A stretch of DNA of 64,000 bases from NCBI GenBank assembly GCA_964247055.1, contig OZ176060.1, positions 1,612,001 through 1,676,000 on the forward strand, in the 5' to 3' direction. The stretch comes from Paragordius varius (taxonomy: Eukaryota > Animalia > Nematomorpha). Of this stretch, positions 37,951-50,899 are shown piece by piece; within the stretch, counting starts at the first letter, position 1, and each line of letters opens with the position of its first letter. Below the pieces are notes generated by a model that was not told the DNA's origin, ran no database searches, and saw nothing but the letters and a program-made list of their open reading frames with translations. A program made the position numbers and the translations under genes.

Positions 37951-38299
37951 TGGTTTATATAAAATATAGGAACAATTTAGAAACTTTACTTTTTTAAAAT
38001 ACTTTTAATCGCGGTCTCATCCTGATAGAAAATTATGATACATTAATGCATAAAAGATTTATTACGGTACTATATAGGGTTTAAAATTAACTTCTCATAT
38101 ATATTAACATTGAAATAAGGGGCCCCGCTTATTAATGGGTTTGTTGGGTTTTTCTTAATCGGGTATTTAATCATTAAAAATTTTTTCAAATATCTTATAA
38201 TATATTATTATTCTATGAACGCTGACACCCTCAATAAAATTAAACCTAATCCTTATACGGCTTAAGCCTTAAAATAAAACTCTTACTTCGGCCACATCA

Positions 38300-38760
38300 C
38301 TAGAGCCAAAAACTTGGGGTATCACTTTATGTCGGGTAACCTTGAAGGCTCAAGAAAACGTGATAGTTGTAAAATGCGTTCGATCTATAATTTAACTAAA
38401 GAAACCAAACTATCAATGCAACAGTTGATAGGCACTCCACCTAACCGTACAATATGGCGTAACTACAATTACGAAATATGGACAAATCTACACAACAACA
38501 ATTTATTGAATATTAACCAATTTTTTGGAGTATTATATCCCAAAGTCTTAATTTTTGTGCTAGTCCGCAGCGACTCTTAGCTTTCTTATCAATAAGCGTT
38601 TTACTTTCCAGAAGATTTTGAGACTTTCAGATTATTTGAGAGACCGTGTATATTTTAAATCTTATCATGATGTAAGGCAGGGTGTCCAGCAGGCCCTCAG
38701 AGACTTTAAAAGAAAAATTTTGAAATTTATTATTGCAAAAATATGCTCACAAAATCTTAG
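38300..38760 (+). mobile_element. Possible Tc1/mariner transposase C-terminal remnant
   Basis: TKETKLSMQQLIG-TPPN..IW and RLSDYLRDRVYFKSYHDVRQGVQQAL loosely match the HPPYSPDL / L..HL.G..F....V tail of mariner transposases. Confidence 0.4.
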
Positions 38761-39479
38761 CAAAATCGATATGTTACCAATTTTTTTAAATAAGTCTACC
38801 AAATTAAATGCAATATTACCTAGGCATTTTGTAGTCGTTTGAAAACTAATGAATTACACGAGTCGACAAATTTGGACTTTTTCGAGCACCATCACTCTAT
38901 TAAAATTTAATTAATTTCAGTGTTCTAAAACCGAATCTAAAACTTTGATCTCCCTAATCAGAATTTTGAAATATTAGGGGTTTTTTTTTCAAAAACAAGA
39001 GAAAATAGACAAAAATCAAATATAACTTTATTTAAAATTATTTTATAAAATTAATATTGTTTAATAAAGCGTTTTAAATTCTATCTTTTAAATATAAATA
39101 TGTCATTTTACTGGTATAAAGATTAAAATTTAGTGTTTGTAAGCTAATTTTAAACACGTATAAATTTGCATTATCAAATACTAAAAGAAATATTTTGTGG
39201 TTTAAACCTTCGGCTTTCAGATAGGCCATATATATTTTGTTAGTTTTGGTTATTTTAGTACTTACTAGGGTTTTTTTTCGGTTGATTTCTATAAAAAAAC
39301 CTTGTTAATTATATCTAGTGGATATTATTTATTTTCAAAATCATTGGATGCGATATATTTTAAATTTCAGATGGATGTTGGGCAGCCACTTTTTGGTGGA
39401 TATCTTATCATATTTTTATGGGCTACAATAGAACCGCTTGTACTTTTCTAATCTTATTATCCGATTTAATTGTCGAATA

Positions 39480-39800
39480 TGTATAACTCTATTCTATAAA
39501 TAGGTTAATTTGACATGTCAATTTCCCTGGATTTACGTTATTCTGCAGGTCTCCTCGGCTCTATGATCACCTCATTGTATATCCTTTGCCATATCTGGCA
39601 TAATTATAGGAACGCTTGGGGGATGTTATATTGCAAAACTTGTGCAAGCCGCTCGGATCTATCACCATGCATTAGCTCTTTGAGTTTTTTAATATTTATT
39701 ATTTTTAATACTCTTTAGCTCTTAGCAATTTATTTTAATTCTATATTCTTAAAGTTTCGTATTCTCTTTTATTTAATACATAGAATTTTTCATTAATATA
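39480..39800 (-). mobile_element. RTE LINE C-terminal remnant
   Basis: LKELMHGDRSERLAQVLQYNIP...RRP resembles the RTE GH..R....R..K.L.Y...RGRP tail. Confidence 0.5.
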
Positions 39801-42800
39801 TTCAAATAAATGATATTTATTTATTGTATATTGTCTATTTCTATGTCGAATAACAAGCCCGAATAAGACGTTTTTCTCGTGCAAAAGATAGCAATCCTTC
39901 AGCAGCGATTTTGGTCAGTTTTATTTTAATATAAAGATCGACAAAATTTTTATCAAGTTCTATTATATGAATCATCAATCGTTAATAAAAAATCCTCCGT
40001 GGTATCGTACACCAAGACAGATATATTTGGCTCATTTGCATTTTTGTTCTAAAATTATAATGAAAAACCTGGCTTTGGAATACCACTAGTGCTCGTTCAA
40101 ATATTTAACGAGGAATAATTGTTTTGTAAAATTAAATACAAAATTAAATTTAAAAAAATCGGGTTTGCGGCCTCATTTTTTTTTGTTTTAGCCTTTACAT
40201 GCCATTAGGTTACAGAAATGCAAAAAATGGGGTGGTACAAAACCTTGTTTATATATTTTTAAAGTGAATTATATACATTATATGGAAAATCAAAGTTTAA
40301 GAACATTGGCGTCTAAAAAAATATGCGGCTTTAAGTTTTGTGTTGAGCACCCCTGATTTAAGGTATTGGGCCAAATTTAAAATATTTTTAGCTTTTTGGC
40401 GCATTCTTCAAAATTTAAAAATGTAATAATATTTCTCATAAATGCCAAACGCTTCAATCCAAAAAAATATTTTTTAAATTTATCACAAACTATAAAATAA
40501 ATATATATAAAATTTTGGAACAGAAAGAAAATTAAATGGGCTAGTTCGTAAAAGTGCGAAGCAAGTAATAATAAATGTATGACTTTAAAGGATATTATTA
40601 AAAAAAATCATTTTTATAAAAAATTTTTTTAATTACCTTAGAATTTATACATCGTCTTGAAATGTACAAATATTTTATATTTTCAACCTATATTTGAAAG
40701 CGAAATTTTTATATTTGAGCTGAGTTAATAGAAATGATCATCATTAAATTATATAGAATAAATGTTATTTATAATACTTAAAGGTTGTCATAGAGTCACC
40801 ACTCTCTTTTAAAAGGTATCATTTTATAGATATAAAATTAACGAATCATTGCTTTTTTGCATTAATTATAACAAAACTACATTCTATAAATTAAATTAAG
40901 CAAAATATCGAATTTTTTGGAAAAAAAATTAATCCCATAATTTTTATACTTATTTTTATCGCGCAACCTCAGGATTTTATTTTTATTAAAGAAATTACCC
41001 ATTTTAGTAATTAAAAACTTAGGGCGTACAAAGCCCACACATCCTATATTAAAAACTTTTACCGCTAACAACCAAAAGCACCAGGATTTTTCTAATAAAT
41101 TATCAGTATCGCATAATTCATCAGGATATTATTTATACATTCCATTTTGTGCGCTGTGTAATTTAAAGTATCAATGTTTTACGTTATCGATACACTATTG
41201 GGATATTATATGTTTATTTTTAAATGTTAATAGATAAAAAAAAGTTTGAAGAGGCTAATAATATTTATTTATTATGCATACTTTTTGGTCTGGGCTCCAT
41301 ATTCATCTAATAATAAATATTAAATATGCATTTAATGAAATATATTCTATAGACAATTTTTCATGAAAAACGCGCACACAATGACATTCACTTGGATACA
41401 ACACATTCATTTTTGTCCTTCGATTCGAATTGGGTTAGTTAATACCCCAGACCTGTTTAAAACTAAATTCTTTAAAAAAATATGGAAGGAATCGAAACCA
41501 TGGCAAAATCTTGCACTTATAAAAAAAAATTATTCAAAAATACTTGATATTACTTATTTTAAGCTAAAATCGAAAAGTAAAAATTTAGTCAATGTGACAT
41601 GTATGCAATGATAAAATTGGAAATCAATGCAAAATAAACCGCTTTTTCTATTTCTATCAATATTAGATGTAATTTCAATAAAAAATTAGCTTTAATTTTA
41701 CCTTTAAAATTAAAGGTAGACGATATTTTACAAAAATTTTGTAAAATAAAAATGGCGTCGAAGTAGTTTGACATGGAACTTTTTTTTCAAAACAAAATAT
41801 TTAGATATTTTGGCATATTTATATAATTTTTATTAGGAGATAAGCATAAATTTAAATTGTGAACGTTTCCTTCAGTAGTTTTTTAAAAATCCTAACTCAA
41901 ATTTTGTCAAGGGTATTTAGATACCCCAATTTGAATCAAAGTGTTAAATATCAAAACATTTTGTAAAAAATTAATAATATTTTACTTTCATCATTCCAGC
42001 AGTGCAAACAGAAAATAGGCTTAGTTTATTTGAATAGCCCTTAAACATTCTTTTGGGATATTCAATTATCAAATCTATCCTATATCCAGTAGAATCCTAT
42101 AATAAATAATTATTTAATGATAATAACTATAACCATGATTTAATTAACAAAATAGAGATTTAAGTTTTAAAATTTAATATTAATGGCTAATTATAAAAAT
42201 GTTAGTGTTTAACGTTAAAATAAAGAGCCTGGAACAATATGAATCTATTAAAACTCGATATAAAATTCACAAAATTTATATATTATAAATTTGATAAAAT
42301 GCAAATTAAAATAGTTAAATTTATATTTCCTCTCAAATAAAAATCATTTATATTTATATTGGTAAATATGCGCGTTCTGATTCGGTGCATATTATCAAAA
42401 AATTCTTGCTCATAGTCATAAATAATTTTTTAAAGCCTGTTAACCTTATTTATCAACACGATATTCATTATTCTGAAGCTTTTAACGATAGGTTGATAAA
42501 CGTATATCTTTGCTGCGCACCTTATTATAGAATGAAAAATAAAACTAAAATTTGTCTTTTGGTAACCGTTTTATTGGCGTATAAATTGCTAATTTGTTAC
42601 AATTAAATTTATTATTATATGGCATTTGTCTAAATTACAGATTTAATAAGTTTTACTTTAATTAAAAATCAAAATGGAAAGACACTTTCCCATTTTTGAT
42701 CTAAATTCTTAAAATTTCAATGTACGCAATTTTCAATCAATTGCATTTATATATCCTAATTATTGTTAATACCTTAATAGTTCCACATCTTCTTTGAGGA

Positions 42801-43040
42801 ATTTCCCATAAAACAATGTTGCTGTAATTTACAGGCTTTATACATTCATTATTTTTTGTCAAAATTCTGCCCTTGAAACTGTAGATAAAATTGAATCGGA
42901 AAACAAAGGAATCTTTGGTGCATTTTAATTCGACTATAATAATAATTTATATTTAATATGCAAAAAACATTTTTGTGGTTGTTATATATTTAATAAATAC
43001 TGTTTTGTTTAAACACTCGAATATACATTTTTAATGGATA

Positions 43041-43068
43041 TATATATATATTATATATATATATATAT

Positions 43069-43100
<32 letters not shown>

Positions 43101-43101
43101 A
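43041..43101. repeat. Interrupted (TA)n microsatellite
   Basis: TA runs separated by periodic extra T residues. Confidence 0.95.
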
Positions 43102-43454
43102 TAATTTAAAATTAAAATCATTTATTAAACAAGAGGTATTAGCAGTCAAAATTCAATTGGCTTATTATTCTAAACCAAAAATAAATAAAAGCTAGGCGCA
43201 CCAATAGGGCGAGTGCCATAACATTTAGAACTAAGAGGTTTATTGAACATATACAATTATTCATGCAAATCATTTTTTCAACCAAATGCAACATTTTTCA
43301 ACCAAGCATTTTTTCAAGCAATCCAACATTTTATTTTTAACCAAAGACAACATTTTTCAAGCAAAACCAACAATTCTTTTTAAATTAAAAAGATTTTTTT
43401 ATTTTATGACATAAATGTAATTTAATTTTAGCCTAAAATTATAATCTTTATTGT

Positions 43455-44041
43455 TTTATGCAAGAGTGTCCTTGAAAACTTCATGTACTTGAACATCCAG
43501 TTGGTCCCTGAACACATCAAGCTTGAACATAGTTGGTTTTTAAATTTTTTAAATTTTGATTTAACTATAATGTATTTTTTATTTTATTTTTTAACCTAAT
43601 TTTCTTTGTTTATTATATCTTTATACATTAAAAAATTAAAATTTTTATTCGAAAAACACTTTTTAAAACTAATTTTTTTCCAATTTAACAAAATTATTAA
43701 CTTTTAATTGTTTTCAATGAAAATTATAAATAATAACCCAGTAAAACTTATATATCTTAAGGGCTTATATTCTTATATATGAAAATTTTAAGAAAATTTA
43801 TAAGGATATATATTTCTCAATGATTAAAAGTTGGTATTGATATAAAATTTATGTTGAATAGTAGAAAATAGAATAAAAACGATAAAATAGATGAATAATT
43901 TACGATTTAATTGATAAAAGTTAAAAATAAAACAAAAAAGGCAAAGTATTGAAGTTTTAAAGGACCAACTTGAAATGTTCAAGCAACTTGTAATATTCAA
44001 GCAACTTTAGGTCTTCAAAGACATTCTTAAAGTGCAAATGG
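43455..44041 (-). mobile_element. MITE family A copy in the opposite orientation to 2752..3235
   Basis: Ends ...cttaaagtgcaaatgg|TA. The internal sequence is the reverse complement of 2752..3235. Confidence 0.6.
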
Positions 44042-44133
44042 TATAACATTAAATTTAATGATATAATCCGAAAATTGCATTATTTATTTGTAATATTTTT
44101 TCCTCTACAATTTTAGTACCAAATCAATCTATA

Positions 44134-44464
44134 CAATTTGCGCCTCAAGAGTGTATTTTGAAAGATTAAATATTGTTTACTTAATGTTCCTTACATTTTT
44201 TGCTATATTTATTTTCAAAGTAAACAATTTTATTTGTTTCGAACTAATCTACTTTATTTGATAAATATTATGAACTTATAAATGGTTTAAACTAATATTA
44301 CGATCAATACACTTATAAGTTTAGTTTAAATAAAGAGAATAAATGTAATAGGATAGAATAATATTTTATTGCTTCAAAAAGTTAAAATCAAGATTAAAAT
44401 ATTGAAAGACCAGAAGTGCTCTGGGACCAACTTTAATTCAAAGACAATCTTGAGGCACAAATTG
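44134..44464. mobile_element. 331-bp Tc1/mariner-type MITE (family A variant) with TA target-site duplication
   Basis: TA|caatttgcgcctcaagagtgt ... acaatcttgaggcacaaattg|TA. The TIRs match at 19 of 21 positions. Confidence 0.8.
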
Positions 44465-44921
44465 TATTTATTGATTAGGTGAAACTCTTGTAAAGAAAAT
44501 ATTATTATATTAACTAAAAATTAAATAAATACCTTATAATTGAATTGTCATAATATAATAAATATTTTTTAATTTTAAAAAAAATTGTTGTTTTTGCTTA
44601 AAAAGATGTTGCTTGCTTAAAAAATTTTGGCACTTGCTTGAAAAAATGTTATGGTATATCAGCCACATTATACCTAATGAAATCTTACAGTTTCAAAATT
44701 ATATTAATAAATCTTATGAGTTGTTCTACGTCATCATGCACCATCTCTAAAGCTCACTCCACGCATACAAAATACCTATTTTTCATTGCCTTTGGTATTA
44801 AATATTTAATAATATGTAGGCTACTTTTTAGGATTCAGATTTGTTATATGCCGATATTTTATTATCTAGCACTGCGTTAAATTTAATCTTTGATAAATGA
44901 AATAAGAAATGTATAAATTAC

Positions 44922-45129
44922 ATTCAACATTTGTCTTCGGTGACATTTTATTGATTGGTTTCTTCGTACGATTGAAAAATGTGGAATTTTTACCCTCAAA
45001 ATAATCGTTAAGATCCACTTGTCCACCTTCAATACTTGTTTGTTCCTCTTCAAAAAAATCTTCTCCATGAGAACCTGAACCTATCAGTTGTTTGCCGCTA
45101 GCTGTTATATTTCCGATTTTATCAATCCA
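44922..45129 (-). CDS. Acidic Gly-rich linker exon (WIDKIGNITASGKQLIGSGSHGEDFFEEEQTSIEGGQVDLNDYFEGKNSTFFNRTKKPINKMSPKTNVE); boundaries ambiguous
   Basis: A long open frame different from the one in ORF 44883..45068. Acceptor is at 45129 (phase 0) or 45101 (phase 1). Phase-1 donors at 44994 (g|gtaaaa) or 44922 (t|gtaatt) both join the 36991 acceptor. Confidence 0.65.
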
Positions 45130-45908
45130 CTATAAAAATTATCAACAGCGATATCATGTTTTGTGATCAATGAATTCACAAATAAATAAATGTAAATTAA
45201 AAAATATACCATGTATTGATCTTGGTCATTTAACAATGTTTTCTCTTTGATTTCATTTTTATGATTGGCTGGATTTCGATCTCCAATATATGTATGTAAA
45301 GAAAACCATTAATAAGTTAATCTATATTTCTAAACTTACTTTCTAATGTGAGCGGAAATAATATATATTTTTTAGTAAGTACCAGATTAATTAAGCTTAT
45401 AATTTAAAATTTCTTTGTTAGTATTCTCTAGTGTGGTGCCCTCATTCAGAGATTACGTGACTATTTGACTTTTTCATGATTTGTAAATATACACTCAATT
45501 TTTTTAAATAATTTTTAATGGGAATTTAATAGCTCCATTGTTTACTTGAAAGTTAAATAATACATTGAAACCTACCAGTTCTTATTCAACAATAAGAAGA
45601 AAAATGGATAACAGTCAGCTGTTTTAGATTTTTGTCATAAAATTATTAAATATAAAGGGTTAAAATTTTGCTAATCAATAGATATTAAATGACAAAAAAG
45701 TTAAGACGCTAATGTACAAAGCGTTTTGGATAAATGTAAATTAACTTTTTACAACCTACATAAAAAATGACGAAATTATATGAAATACTTTCAAAATGTT
45801 CCACCATAAACCCAATTAGACAATATTTTATTTAAGAAATAGTTGAAATTATTAAACTGAGACCAATTTTATGTTGATTATCATTTCCAAGTTTACCAAC
45901 TGACTTAC

Positions 45909-47943
45909 CTGGTAAGTGGCCTTTATTTTTCGTTTCATTTAAATTTATAGGACCACCATATTGAATTCTATCTTTTGCATTTCTGTAAGGCAGTGTAGAA
46001 TTTAATGGCAGAAACCAATTATATACCAAATGATTTTCCATGTAAATATTACGAGGTTGGCGTATTTTTCTATTGGAAATCGGATTACTCGCGTCACTTT
46101 TCAACGATGTTTGAAGAGTGGGCGAAAAATATGATATTAAAGATGATTTAATTTTTTTGCTGATAATTGAAACAGGGATATGATTTTCTGGAAGAAAATC
46201 AATAGTTCTGGCATTATAATTTTTATCACGTTTATAGAGTTTCAATGAATTTCGCTTTTTGTCATCATCAATGATATCATAGTTAATTAGTGGTTGTTCT
46301 ATATATTGTTTTTTTCCTTTGAATTTATAATTAATTTTGTGAACAATTCCTTTAACTTTCCTACTTTTCACCTGGGATTTCTTCCTCTGCTTGGAAAATA
46401 TTTTTATATTCTTTTCTACATTATAACGGTTTTGCATATTGATACGTTCTGGTTGTGAATCCTCATATATAGATGCAAATCCTTGTTTATAATGAAGGGT
46501 TTTAACTCGTTTCTTTTTGCCGATACCTTTGTGTCTTATATACATTTTCATTTTGGCTAAATCATTTGTTTTGTTGTGTATATGATGCGAATTCATAATA
46601 TCCAACCTATTCCTTATTTGATTGGTAATTTTTAAATTATCTATTTGCGCTGTCATATGAATCTTTTGCTTATTAAAATGGCATAAAAATGATAATAACT
46701 TTTCTCTTTCCTCCTGTCCCATATTTTCAATGGATGCCAAAATATCATCTTTGGATTTCTTAATTGAGTATAGCCTACTCATCAAATCATTTTCGTGCAA
46801 AGACTTATCACAAATTAATTTAATAAGGCTGGAAAACAGTGCAAACTTTTTAGTATTCAACCAATTAAAAAAAGAGACGTATTGTAGAGTTTCATTGTGC
46901 TCCAAATAAAACAAAAATATTAACCACTTTAAAACTAACTGGTCACTCAAATTAATGACACCTTTTGATATTTTTTTCCTTATTTCGCTATTTTCTACAT
47001 AAGATAATATAATATCGGGAATTTTAATAGTGATTTTGTTGGTATTTGTTTTATTTTCAAAAATAATGGTTAAGGTGAATAAATTTTTATGCATGTAAAC
47101 ATTATGGTTACCATGTTTTGAGCGTATATCCATTTCTTCACCGCCACTATTGTATTTTACTGAATGATTAGCATATATGTGATTGCTTCTAGTCAGGGTA
47201 TAATTTTTGTTATAAGAATGCCCAGAAGAAGCGAACATTTTTCCATGTCCCTCTGTAATAACAGTTTCAGCATTGTTTTCAGGGTGTAAAGTTAAATTAT
47301 CTGTGTCGACTCTAAGTGGGTGATTATTATATAAAAAATCTTTTGTTTCATTGAACTTCTTTTTAGGTATTTTTAAAGCACGAGTCGTTTCTAGCACCAA
47401 ACTGGAAAATTTTATTTCATTGAAAGAGCCCCCTGCTGGCTTATTATCATTAATTATTCCTGTATTGCTTGATTTATTATTTGCGTGTTTCAAGCTATAT
47501 GCCTTAAAACCTGTAGGAGATAAAGTAGACTTGCTCGAGGTCACCAAATTCTGTGTTTGAGTTTTTAATGATGGTACTGTAAACACTATTGTACCAAGAT
47601 AATTCACGAATACATTATTATTATTATTACTATTTTTCGGATTTAATTTATTATAAGTATTCTTGTCGATATTAGTTACTGCTTGACCTTCTTTATCGAA
47701 AACCAGATAAGAGTTGGGATCGATTAACATTTGATCATTTTGGTTAGAATTTGGGAAAATTCGTTTTGGCTCCTCCTCTTGCCATTTTGCATAATCGGTT
47801 CGGATTTCGTTAAGCCCTGACGAAGGCGTCCCTTTAACGTTAAATGTTTCGATTGGACATTCTCCTGTGTAATAGAGGCGGTATGCATAAGAGGAATCCG
47901 TTGATTTCAGCGTAAAATTGTAGGTGTAAAATGGTTGATGTTT
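45909..47943 (-). CDS. 2,035-nt exon: second half of ZP-N module 2 (KHQPFYTYNFTLKSTDSSYAYRLYYTGECP) followed by a ~650-aa Lys/Asn-rich region
   Basis: ORF 45832..47730 stays open upstream to acceptor ttttgtag| at 47943 (phase 0). Consensus donor cca g|gtaagt at 45909 (phase 1) precedes the ORF stop. Confidence 0.9.
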
Positions 47944-48903
47944 CTACAAAACAATTTGTTAATGATTAAATATTTGATAAAGCTAAACAAACCTAACTTA
48001 GTGAAAGAGAAAGTTACCAAAGCGATAAAATATTCTAAACGCGCAATCAAATATTATTGACCATTAATTTTTTTTGGTTGAAGAAGCGAAGCTTTTTTTC
48101 ATATTAGAGCGTTAAATGGTTAGTAGGAAAACCAAAATTGCTATTAAAGCATTTTTCACAACAAATCATACAATGAGATAGAGTTTTAATATTAAATTAA
48201 AGATTATTTGCAAATTCATGTAGTATTCTTAAAATATGTATACATTAGCAAAAATTTAATAAAATATATACAACCTTTTTAAGAGAGGAAATGGCACACA
48301 AAGAATTATTTTTATTTAATACAGATGTACTCGAAACGTTTTTTCAGTCAATAATACATTTTTTCAATCAATAAAATTCAGTCAATAAAAAAGATTTTTT
48401 TTGATGACAAATATCAAAACAAAATATTAAAAAACTTTTATCATTAAGAGCACACTGATAAGGATTATTTTAAAGAAACAAAATTGTCGAATGATAATTT
48501 TTTATTATATGCCAATACAGATCATTTATTCTCTAAACGCTAAATTTTATTAACAGGAGTATCTCTCTATATATTAACTCTAAAAAGGTAGCTTTCATCA
48601 TACCAAAGGAAGCATGAACATAATGTCGAAGGTGTGATGGGAAGAGACTGAAAAACTATTTTTATTTCTAAATAATCTCATTGAATGATTTATAGACCTA
48701 TACCATTTGGTCATAGCACAAATTAAATCACTCAATTGATTTAGACAATAATATAAAATGTTTAGTTGCAAAAAGTTTAAATTTGCCATTTTATATTAAA
48801 ACCAATTATTTTGAATTATCAATTTATTTCATTCGGTTTGTGAATGCTAATTTGAGCATTAATTAATTTTGATGTATTCATAATAAATGAAAAGGAATTT
48901 TAC

Positions 48904-49073
48904 CTTTATCATACCACAAATAGATAGGTCAAATAAAGATATATCTTGTATATGTCCGGCAATCATTTTTTCACAATTGGCTTGCGAATTAAAATTGGAA
49001 TATATGATTCCATTAAAGGCTTTATTGAAATGAAAGGCTAGTTCTATCATGCGACCCATACAACGAACAAATG
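48904..49073 (-). CDS. First half of ZP-N module 2 (xFVRCMGRMIELAFHFNKAFNGIIYSNFNSQANCEKMIAGHIQDISLFDLSICGMIK)
   Basis: Acceptor tattttag| (phase 1; an alternative phase-0 AG lies further upstream), donor aag|gtaaaa (phase 0). Has three ZP-N Cys and the F-x-G-x-I-Y motif. Lies inside ORF 48859..49086. Confidence 0.9.
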
Positions 49074-49499
49074 CTAAAATATTCATGTAAATAGTGTTAA
49101 ACTATAAGCAAAATAACATCGATCCATAATTGAATTCATCCAAGAAACTCTTTTATCTAATATTATATCTTTATAGATCGGTTTTATCCGTCAGCAAAAT
49201 AAAAGTAGAATATTGTCAACATCAACATTTTAAATAGATATAGAGAGACCTACCATTAAAAATATTTTTTTCTCATTGTTGTGTAAATTAAGTCCCAATA
49301 CTCAAATATTTATTTTATTTTAATTATATATATGATAAAAATATTTTATAATTTCATTTGATTATTTATTTAAAAATAAAACTTTGCTTTTAAAATTAGT
49401 ATTTTGCATTTTAGCTAAAAAAGTAGCCAAAAAACAGCTGTCTTTGTATTTTATAATTATTTCACGTATATGACGCTTGGTTATATATATATAATAAAT

Positions 49500-49857
49500 A
49501 TGGTAAATGTTAAATAAATATCAACTTTTAATCATTCAGAAATTGTATATCTTTATTTGGTTTTTAAAAAATATATTAATTTTTATAATTTATATGTAAT
49601 TGAAAATACAAATTTTCTGGGTTATTAATTAAAATTTTCCGTAAAAACATTTATAAGTCAATATGTTAAATTAAAAAATATATCGAAACAAAAAAAGTCG
49701 TTATTAAATAAATAATTATACAATAGATATGCATTTAAGGTAAAAAATAATTTATGCCTAAATCCAAATTTTTAAGGACCAATTAAGGGCGCAAACACAT
49801 TCTTGAAATTTTCAAGCAACCTTGAAGTGTTTAAAGACGCTCTTGAAGTGCAAATGG
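49500..49857 (+). mobile_element. MITE family A copy, 5'-decayed
   Basis: Ends ...gctcttgaagtgcaaatgg|TA. The interior is colinear with 2900..3200. Confidence 0.6.
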
Positions 49858-50146
49858 TATATACATATATATATATATATAAAATTTTACCATCATCTGG
49901 CTTCGCGATCTAAATCAATGATATATATTATTATTTATTAAAAAATTTAATTAACAATTTTATAAGTCAAAAAAGTTATAATTAATATAAAAATTAAAGC
50001 AACTAGTACAATATTCTATTTAAACCACAGATAAATGTGCAGAATACATACTTTTCGGTCAGAGTTTTGTATATATATGTGTAGAGCCTTATATATTTTC
50101 AAAACAAGACGAAGTTTGTATTAAGTCCAGAATTTTTAATATATTA

Positions 50147-50152
<6 letters not shown>

Positions 50153-50199
<47 letters not shown>
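50153..50199. repeat. (TA)n microsatellite
   Basis: Uninterrupted TA run. Confidence 0.95.
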
Positions 50200-50201
<2 letters not shown>

Positions 50202-50899
50202 TATTTAGATAGAAGATATTTATTATATAATAGCAACACTACTAAAATGTAATATATATAAATACATAAGTATTTCTAATAATTCTCAGTTGCAAAGCCA
50301 ATATGGCAGCTTCTATTTTAGCAACAATAAACAATATTATGCGTTGAAAATATTTAATGCTTGTCTAGCGCATAATAAGATAAAAATGAATTATAAATTT
50401 TTATAACCGTTAATTTTTAGAAAAAATATTGTTAATTTTTTGAAATCAATATATTAGCAAAAACATAAAAAAAAACAATCAAGCTCTGTCATGTACTTTT
50501 TGACTTTATACCAACATAGCTTTTTCTAAATCCTTTTTCAATTATAATATAATAATCAATTTTTAGAAATTTGTTCATTTTTAAAAATTTAGCATTTCGA
50601 ATTAAATTGGGTCTAAATACCTCAGACCATATTTAAGTTGATATTTTTGAAAAACTACTGAAAGAAATAAATTTCATATCAAACTACTGCGACGCCATTT
50701 TTGTTTAAAAATTTTTGGAAATTTGTTTATTTGATTTTAAGGCTAACGTTAAGTTTATTTTTTATTTAAATCACATCTAACATTATAAACCGAAAGAGTG
50801 GTATAGTTGCACAATTTTAACATTTACTAATGCACACACCTCATGTAGACTAAATTTTTGCCTTTGGGTACAACGGATCACGTTTAATTGGTTTATTAC

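Larger units (their letters stand above)
43270..44655. mobile_element. Foldback-like element with inverted 21-bp arms carrying two nested family-A MITEs
   Basis: caacatttttcaa arrays lie at 43270-43372 and aaaatgttg..ttgcttg arrays at 44580-44655. Confidence 0.6.

Noticed and set aside
45832-47730. Stand-alone 632-aa gene as given by the ORF track
   Set aside because: The frame is open upstream to a splice acceptor at 47943 that completes ZP-N module 2, and a consensus donor at 45909 precedes the stop. It is better explained as an internal exon. Plus-strand ORF 47351..47560 is its shadow.
48598-48789. Candidate exon SINHSMRLFRNKNSF...MLPL (phase 2-0), first read as the start of a ZP-C
   Set aside because: It lies between the two halves of ZP-N module 2, which already join in phase 0. 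It cannot be inserted in frame and lacks ZP-C cysteines.
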